Shown: one piece after another, positions 58,938 through 64,000 of the stretch
How the letters are laid out: each line of letters opens with the position of its first letter
Position numbering within the stretch: position 1 is the first letter of the stretch
From: an uncultured delta proteobacterium
GTDB taxonomy: Bacteria > Desulfobacterota > Binatia > DP-6
Length of the DNA: 64,000 nucleotides
Assembly: GCA_963815115.1 (NCBI GenBank)
Contig: CAWFFN010000009.1
Span: 1,472,001-1,536,000 of the forward strand
Direction of reading: 5' to 3'
Notes under the pieces: generated by a model
Database searches by the model: none
What the model saw: only the letters and a program-made list of their open reading frames with translations
Told to the model about the DNA's origin: nothing
Made by a program: the position numbers and the translations under genes

Positions 58938-59795
58938 TCAAGACCCGGCTGCCGCCAGGAACTCGAGGACGGCCCCGGCGAACGCCTCGGGCTGCTCGAG
59001 ATGGGGATGATGGCGGGCGCCGGCGATGGTGGTGCGGCGGGCCCGCAGGATCGCGAGGCGCTCCTCCCGGTCGGCCGGCGCGAGTCGGAGCGGGCTCTCG
59101 CCTCCCTCCAGGTAGAGGACCGGGCAGGTCACGCGGCGCCAGAACGCGGCCGCGCGCGCGCGCGAGAACGGAACCGGCGACGTGGTCTTGTGGAGCGGGT
59201 CGAACTTCCACTGGCGCCCGCCGTTCGTGACGCGCGTCCCGTGCTCGGCCATGTGGCGCGCCACCTCGGGCGAGAAGCGATACGTGCCCTCCTGCAGGCG
59301 GGCCGTCGCCTGCTCGAGGGTGAGGGTGCGGCGCGGCCGTTCGCCGCGGCGCGCGAGGTCGCGAATCCACGCCTGGTAGCGCCGGGGAGCGGACTCGCTC
59401 TCGAGATCGGGCGGCCCGAGCCCGTCGACCAGGACGAGTGCCGGCACGCGTTCCGGCTCGAGCCCGGTGTACGACATCGCGGCCGTCGCGCCCATCGAGT
59501 GTCCGACCAGCGCCGCGCTCCCGCCCAGCGCACGGACCAGGAACGCGAGGTCGGCGGCGTAGTCCGCGAAATGGTAGTAGCCGCCGCTTCCCACCCACTC
59601 CGAGTCGCCGTGCCCGCGCCAGTCGAGGGCGAAGACGTGATGGCCCGCGGCCGCCAGGCGGGGAGCGACGAGGTCCCAGGCGTGCGCGTGCTCGAGGAAG
59701 CCGTGCAGGAGCAGGACGACGGAGCCGCGCTCGCCCCATTCGAGCAGGTGGTGCCGGAGGCGGTTGGCAACCAGGAAGCGCGAGCGGGGCGTCAC
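58938..59795 (-). CDS. Alpha/beta fold hydrolase
   Basis: LLHGF, DWRGHGDS, GHSMG, ARHHPH. Confidence 0.88.
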   Translation of the reverse strand: MTPRSRFLVANRLRHHLLEWGERGSVVLLLHGFLEHAHAWDLVAPRLAAAGHHVFALDWRGHGDSEWVGSGGYYHFADYAADLAFLVRALGGSAALVGHSMGATAAMSYTGLEPERVPALVLVDGLGPPDLESESAPRRYQAWIRDLARRGERPRRTLTLEQATARLQEGTYRFSPEVARHMAEHGTRVTNGGRQWKFDPLHKTTSPVPFSRARAAAFWRRVTCPVLYLEGGESPLRLAPADREERLAILRARRTTIAGARHHPHLEQPEAFAGAVLEFLAAAGS

Positions 59796-60340
59796 GAGAG
59801 GGAGTCGACGACGGCGGTCCCCGCGGGGGGGTCGATGTCGACGGCGGTCGATTCGAGGAGCCGGGCGACCATCATGTAGTAGCCCACGGTGACGAGGAGC
59901 TCGACGATCTCGCGGGGCGGAAAGTGCTTCTCGAGCTCCGCGAAGGTCGCGTCGGACAGCTTCGGGGTTTGCAGCAGCTCGGCTCCCGCCCGGAGCGCGG
60001 CCCGCTCGCGCGCGTCGAAGCAGTCCGCGTCCAGGGTGCCGTGCTCGATGGCCGCGATCTGCGCCTCGCTCACCTCCATGGCGCGCGCGATCGGAACGTG
60101 CTGCGTCCACTCGTACGGCGCGGGCGAGCGTTTGCCGACCAGCAGGATGAGAAGCTCGCGCATCTTGGGGGCGAGGGCGAGGCGACCGAGGATGGCGGTG
60201 CCGAGCTGGAGCAACGGCCGGAAGCAGGTCTCGGCGTTTGCCATCATCCGGAAGACATTCAGCTGGACGGGCAATCGCGCCATGATCTCGCGCACGGACT
60301 CGGGCGCGCCGGCGGGGTCCACGTACGGAAGTCGAGCCAT
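59792..60340 (-). CDS. Carboxymuconolactone decarboxylase/AhpD-like protein
   Basis: RELLIL, YEWTQH, EIVELLVTVGYY. Confidence 0.82.
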   Translation of the reverse strand: MARLPYVDPAGAPESVREIMARLPVQLNVFRMMANAETCFRPLLQLGTAILGRLALAPKMRELLILLVGKRSPAPYEWTQHVPIARAMEVSEAQIAAIEHGTLDADCFDARERAALRAGAELLQTPKLSDATFAELEKHFPPREIVELLVTVGYYMMVARLLESTAVDIDPPAGTAVVDSLS

Positions 60341-60383
60341 GCGCGGTGGTAGCCCAGCCGCGCGCGTGCCTGCAAGCCGCGGA

Positions 60384-60968
60384 TCAGTCGTCGGCGGGTT
60401 CGGGAAGAAGGTCGTCGACGAGGAGCGCCGTGGCGGGGAACGCGACCAGCTCGACCCGCTCGCCGCGATGGGCGACATGCTGCTGCCGGTAGACGCGGGC
60501 GATCGGGTCCGGGTCGGCCAGCACCTCGATCCGGTCGTCCCGCAGGTTGACGATGAGATACTGGGGAACGGCGTCGCCGGCGTAGATGCGGGATTTCGAC
60601 AGCCGGTCCTGCGGCAGCGACGTGTCGGCGACCTCGACCAGGAGCAGCGCCGCCGTGGGATGGCGGTCGGTGTAGCGTCGCTGCTGCCAGGGGACCACGG
60701 CCACGTCGGGCTCGGGGACCGAGTGCGGTCCCGCGACCAGGCACGACTGGATCCGGACCATCGCGCGGTCTGCCACTGCGCGCTGGACCGCGGTCTGTGC
60801 GAGCCAGACGGCTCCGGCGTGGCGAGGATTCGACGGAGACTTGGCGACGATGACACCGTCGAGCAGCTCGACGCGGTCGGCCTCGTTCAGCAGTCCCAGC
60901 TCGACCAGGCCGAGGTACTGCTCGTACGTGTATCCCGCGCCGGAACCGCCCGCGTCCCCCGACGCCAT
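60384..60968 (-). CDS. Uma2 family endonuclease
   Basis: VELLDG, PEPDVAV, LLVEVADTS..DR..K...YA..VPQYLIVNL. Confidence 0.85.
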   Translation of the reverse strand: MASGDAGGSGAGYTYEQYLGLVELGLLNEADRVELLDGVIVAKSPSNPRHAGAVWLAQTAVQRAVADRAMVRIQSCLVAGPHSVPEPDVAVVPWQQRRYTDRHPTAALLLVEVADTSLPQDRLSKSRIYAGDAVPQYLIVNLRDDRIEVLADPDPIARVYRQQHVAHRGERVELVAFPATALLVDDLLPEPADD

Positions 60969-61027
60969 GACCCGAGGATACGCGCACCCGTGCCGGCCGG
61001 CAATGCCTGCCGCCGGAACCCCGTCCG

Positions 61028-61903
61028 CTAGGCGCGCTTCGCGCGCTCGCCGACCGGCCGGATCAGCCCCTCCTGCGCCACGCTCGCCACCAGATGGCCG
61101 TCGCGGGTGAAGAGGTGAGCCATGGTGAAGCCGCGCGCGCCATGGGCTGCGGGACTCTCCTGCGCGTAGAGCAGCCACTCGTCGGCGCGAAAGGTGCGGT
61201 GGAACCACATCGCGTGATCGAGGCTCGCCATGACGTAGTGCGGGTCGTTCCAGGCGATGGCATGGGGCATGGTGGCGGTGTCGAGCAGCGAGAGGTCCGA
61301 GGCGTACGCCACCACGCACTGGTGCAGCAGCAGGTCGTCCGGCAGCTGGCGGCTGGCGCGGATCCACACCAGCTGGCGCGGCGCGCGCCTGGTCGGCTTG
61401 AAGGGGTTGTCCGCTTCCACCGAGCGCACCTCGATGGGCCGATCGCGGGTGGCCCACTCGAGCGCCCCGGCGGGCAGCGAGTCGCGCACCTTGGCGAGGC
61501 GCTCCTCGAAGCTCGGCAGGGTCTCCGGGTCGGGCGCCTCCGGCATCGCGGCCTCGTGCTCCGGTCCCTTCTCCTCGGGCTGGAAGGACGCGGCCAGGTT
61601 GAAGATGGCCTCGCCGTGCTGGATGGCGACCACCCGCCGGGTGGTGAACGAGCGACCGTCGCGGATGCGGTCCACCATGTAGAGGATGGGCTTGGCGGGA
61701 TCGCCCGGGCGCAGGAAGTACGCGTGCAGGGAGTGCACGGCTCCCCGCTCGACCGTGCGGCCCGCGGCGACCAGCGCCTGGCCCGCCACCTGCCCCCCGA
61801 ACACGCGCTGGCGATTCTCCTGCGGGCTGCGGCCGCGGAACACGTTCACCTCGAGCTCCTCGAGATCGAGGATCTCGAGCAGGCCATCGACGGCGTCCGG
61901 CAT
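61028..61903 (-). CDS. tesB: Acyl-CoA thioesterase II
   Basis: RVFGGQVAGQAL, HSLHAYFLRPG, RDGRSF, YASD, SLDHAMWFH, QEGL. Confidence 0.93.
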   Translation of the reverse strand: MPDAVDGLLEILDLEELEVNVFRGRSPQENRQRVFGGQVAGQALVAAGRTVERGAVHSLHAYFLRPGDPAKPILYMVDRIRDGRSFTTRRVVAIQHGEAIFNLAASFQPEEKGPEHEAAMPEAPDPETLPSFEERLAKVRDSLPAGALEWATRDRPIEVRSVEADNPFKPTRRAPRQLVWIRASRQLPDDLLLHQCVVAYASDLSLLDTATMPHAIAWNDPHYVMASLDHAMWFHRTFRADEWLLYAQESPAAHGARGFTMAHLFTRDGHLVASVAQEGLIRPVGERAKRA

Positions 61904-62008
61904 GGTCGCCCTTGTGGCACGGCGACGCGCCCGTTGCACCTGGCGAGGCGGATGCGAGGTGCGGTCGTCCGCTTGCATCGCGGGCGATAGCGGGGAGAGA
62001 TTCGTGGC

Positions 62009-63040
62009 ATGCGCGCCGCCGTGATGCGAAGCTCTCAGCTCGTCGTCGACACCCTGCCCGATCCGGAGCCCGCAACGGGCGAGATGCTGGTGCGCACCCT
62101 CGCCTGCGGCATCTGCGGCTCCGACCTGCACGCGCTCACCCACGCGCACAAGATCGTGGAGGCGGCGCGCGAGGCCGCCGCGCCGTTCGCCATGGACCCC
62201 ACGCGCGACATCGTCATGGGCCACGAGTTCTGCGCCGAGGTGATCGACTACGGCCCGGACACCACGGGCGCTGTCCGGCCGGGTGACCGGATCGTGTCGA
62301 TGCCGCTGCTCTTCCGCGGCTCGAGCATCCAGGCCATCGGGTACTCCAACGACGTGCCCGGCGGCTACGGCGAGCTGATGGTCCTCTCGGCCGCGCTCGC
62401 GCTGCCGGTGCCGAACGGCTTGTCCACCGACCGCGCGGCGCTCACCGAGCCCATGGCGGTCGGGATGCACGCCGTCGAGAAGGCGCACATGGAGCCGCAC
62501 GACGCCGCGCTGGTCGTCGGCTGTGGCCCGGTCGGGCTGGCGGTGATCGCGGCGCTGAAGCTGAAGGGTATCGAGCCGATCGTCGCCGGCGACTTCTCGC
62601 CGATGCGGCGCGCCCTGGCCGAGCGCATGGGCGCGCACGCCGTGGTCGATCCCCGTGCTCGCCCGCTCATCGAGGCCTATCGCGAGGTCGCCGACCTCCG
62701 GCCGGCGGTCGTCTTCGAGTGCGTCGGGATACCGGGCATGCTGCTGGACATCATGCGGCTGGCGCCGCACGGTGCCCGCATCGTGGTGGCCGGAGTCTGC
62801 ATGGACGACGACACCATCCGGCCGATCCTCGCCATCAACAAGGAGCTCAACCTGCAGTTCGTGCTCGGGTACACGCCCTTCGAGTTCCAGGACACGCTCA
62901 CGGCCATCGCCGACGGGCGCATCGACGTGGCGCCGCTGGTGACCGGCACGGTCGGCGTCGAGGGCGTGGCGCAGGCGTTCCGCGATCTCGCCACCCCGGA
63001 GCAGCACGCCAAGATCCTGATCGAGCCGTGGCGCGCGTGA
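62009..63040 (+). CDS. Zinc-binding (MDR) dehydrogenase
   Basis: CGICGSDLH, MGHEF, EP.AV, GCGPVGL. Confidence 0.9.
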   Translation: MRAAVMRSSQLVVDTLPDPEPATGEMLVRTLACGICGSDLHALTHAHKIVEAAREAAAPFAMDPTRDIVMGHEFCAEVIDYGPDTTGAVRPGDRIVSMPLLFRGSSIQAIGYSNDVPGGYGELMVLSAALALPVPNGLSTDRAALTEPMAVGMHAVEKAHMEPHDAALVVGCGPVGLAVIAALKLKGIEPIVAGDFSPMRRALAERMGAHAVVDPRARPLIEAYREVADLRPAVVFECVGIPGMLLDIMRLAPHGARIVVAGVCMDDDTIRPILAINKELNLQFVLGYTPFEFQDTLTAIADGRIDVAPLVTGTVGVEGVAQAFRDLATPEQHAKILIEPWRA

Positions 63041-63313
63041 CGGCGGCGGCGCCGTCCCTCTGAGCGTCGCGCTCCGCGCGCGTCGCGCGAACGGCGCGAT
63101 GCGCAGGTCCTCTTCGCGCGGATCGCAGCCAAGAATACATGGCATGCATCCACCCAGTCATGAGAATCGCTGCGCGTGAAAAATTCGTTGACGCCGTCCG
63201 GCGGCGAGAGGTAGACGCCACGAGGTTTCACGCGTTCGCACGATCGACGGACGCGGGGTCTTCCAGGACGAGCAGCCGATCGCGACGCTGCGGCGTCGGA
63301 GGAGGGTGCCACG

Positions 63314-64000
63314 ATGGTGACGGCAGGCCTGCGCAGGACGATGGCCACGGTCTGGCTGCTGGCGCTGCGCCTCGCCCTCGCCCCGGGTCTCGCCGTCGCC
63401 GAGCCGGTGACCGTCGAGGGCACGCTCGACGTGGTCGTGGAGGACCGGGCAACCGGTGCGACGCTGCTCTACAGCGTGAACGCCGCCGGACGGCGCTATT
63501 TCCTGGACGTTCCCGACGGCGTGCCGATCGGGCAAGCAGGAAGTCGCGTCCGGGTGCGCGGAACGCGCACGGGGCAGCGGGTGGCAGTCGACGAGGTTCT
63601 GCCGCTCGCGAGCGACGAGGCCGCGTCGCGTGCTGCCGGCCCTCTCGCCGCCGCGGCGTCTCCATCCGGTCCCACGGGGCTGCAGCGGACACTCGTCCTG
63701 CTGCTGAACTTCACCGCGTATCCGGACCAGCCGTTCACGACGGCCCAGGTGCGCGACGCGGTCTTCGATGCACCCACCAGCATGAACGCGTTCTACCGGG
63801 AGAACTCCTTCGATCAGGTGCACTTCGCCGGCGACGTCGTCGGCTGGCTCACGCTACCCGGCACACCTCCGAACTGCGACGGCTTTGCTCTGCTGGATGA
63901 CGCTCTGGACGCCGCCGACCCGATGGTCAATTTCACCCAGTACGATCGGCTGATCCTCGTCAGCCCGGCAATCCGCGCCGTGGCCGGCTGCCCCATCGAG
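63314..64000 (+). CDS. Secreted M6/M11-type metalloprotease-like protein (3'-truncated by window edge)
   Basis: GGAGG RBS, signal peptide, TLVLLLNF...FYRENSFDQVHFAGDVVGWLTLP. The frame is open to the window end and the zinc motif is not reached. Confidence 0.55.
   Translation, partial: MVTAGLRRTMATVWLLALRLALAPGLAVAEPVTVEGTLDVVVEDRATGATLLYSVNAAGRRYFLDVPDGVPIGQAGSRVRVRGTRTGQRVAVDEVLPLASDEAASRAAGPLAAAASPSGPTGLQRTLVLLLNFTAYPDQPFTTAQVRDAVFDAPTSMNAFYRENSFDQVHFAGDVVGWLTLPGTPPNCDGFALLDDALDAADPMVNFTQYDRLILVSPAIRAVAGCPIE

Overview
This is a very GC-rich bacterial chromosomal segment. The gene content suggests a Binatia/Myxococcota-like deltaproteobacterium, which is inference only. From left to right it contains: (1) a mevalonate operon (mvaD-pmk-fni-mvaA-mvk, no mvaS); (2) a divergently transcribed, secreted, Cys-rich MTA/SAH-nucleosidase-family gene; (3) an operon for a squalene-hopene-cyclase homologue with a systematically remodelled active site, HpnC, a CYP124-like P450 and a nitroreductase; (4) hisS; (5) a ~10 kb lower-GC stress-type island with a CheB-CheR-PAS-FixL-like kinase, FixJ-like regulator, csbD, YqjE/K/D-like and YtxH proteins, an ECF sigma factor and CGTA/TACG inverted repeats; (6) an RND pump plus esterase; (7) a Thr-rich secreted protein with a twice-occurring GSPxxAFL motif; (8) a PTPS-III-type enzyme, small cytochrome c, DUF35-thiolase fusion, aminotransferase, PLD and split chromate transporter; (9) a second island of small proteins around an RRM RNA-binding protein, sharing two paralogous families with the first island; (10) an acyl-CoA dehydrogenase pair, vapBC, argS and many lipid/xenobiotic enzymes, including a fadD-type ligase broken by five single-base insertions that are probably a consensus artefact. 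I found no rRNA, tRNA, CRISPR array, integrase or transposase. The best novelty candidates are the remodelled triterpene cyclase cluster, the GSPxxAFL motif and the twin small-protein islands. All family assignments come from motif recognition by eye; no database search was run.
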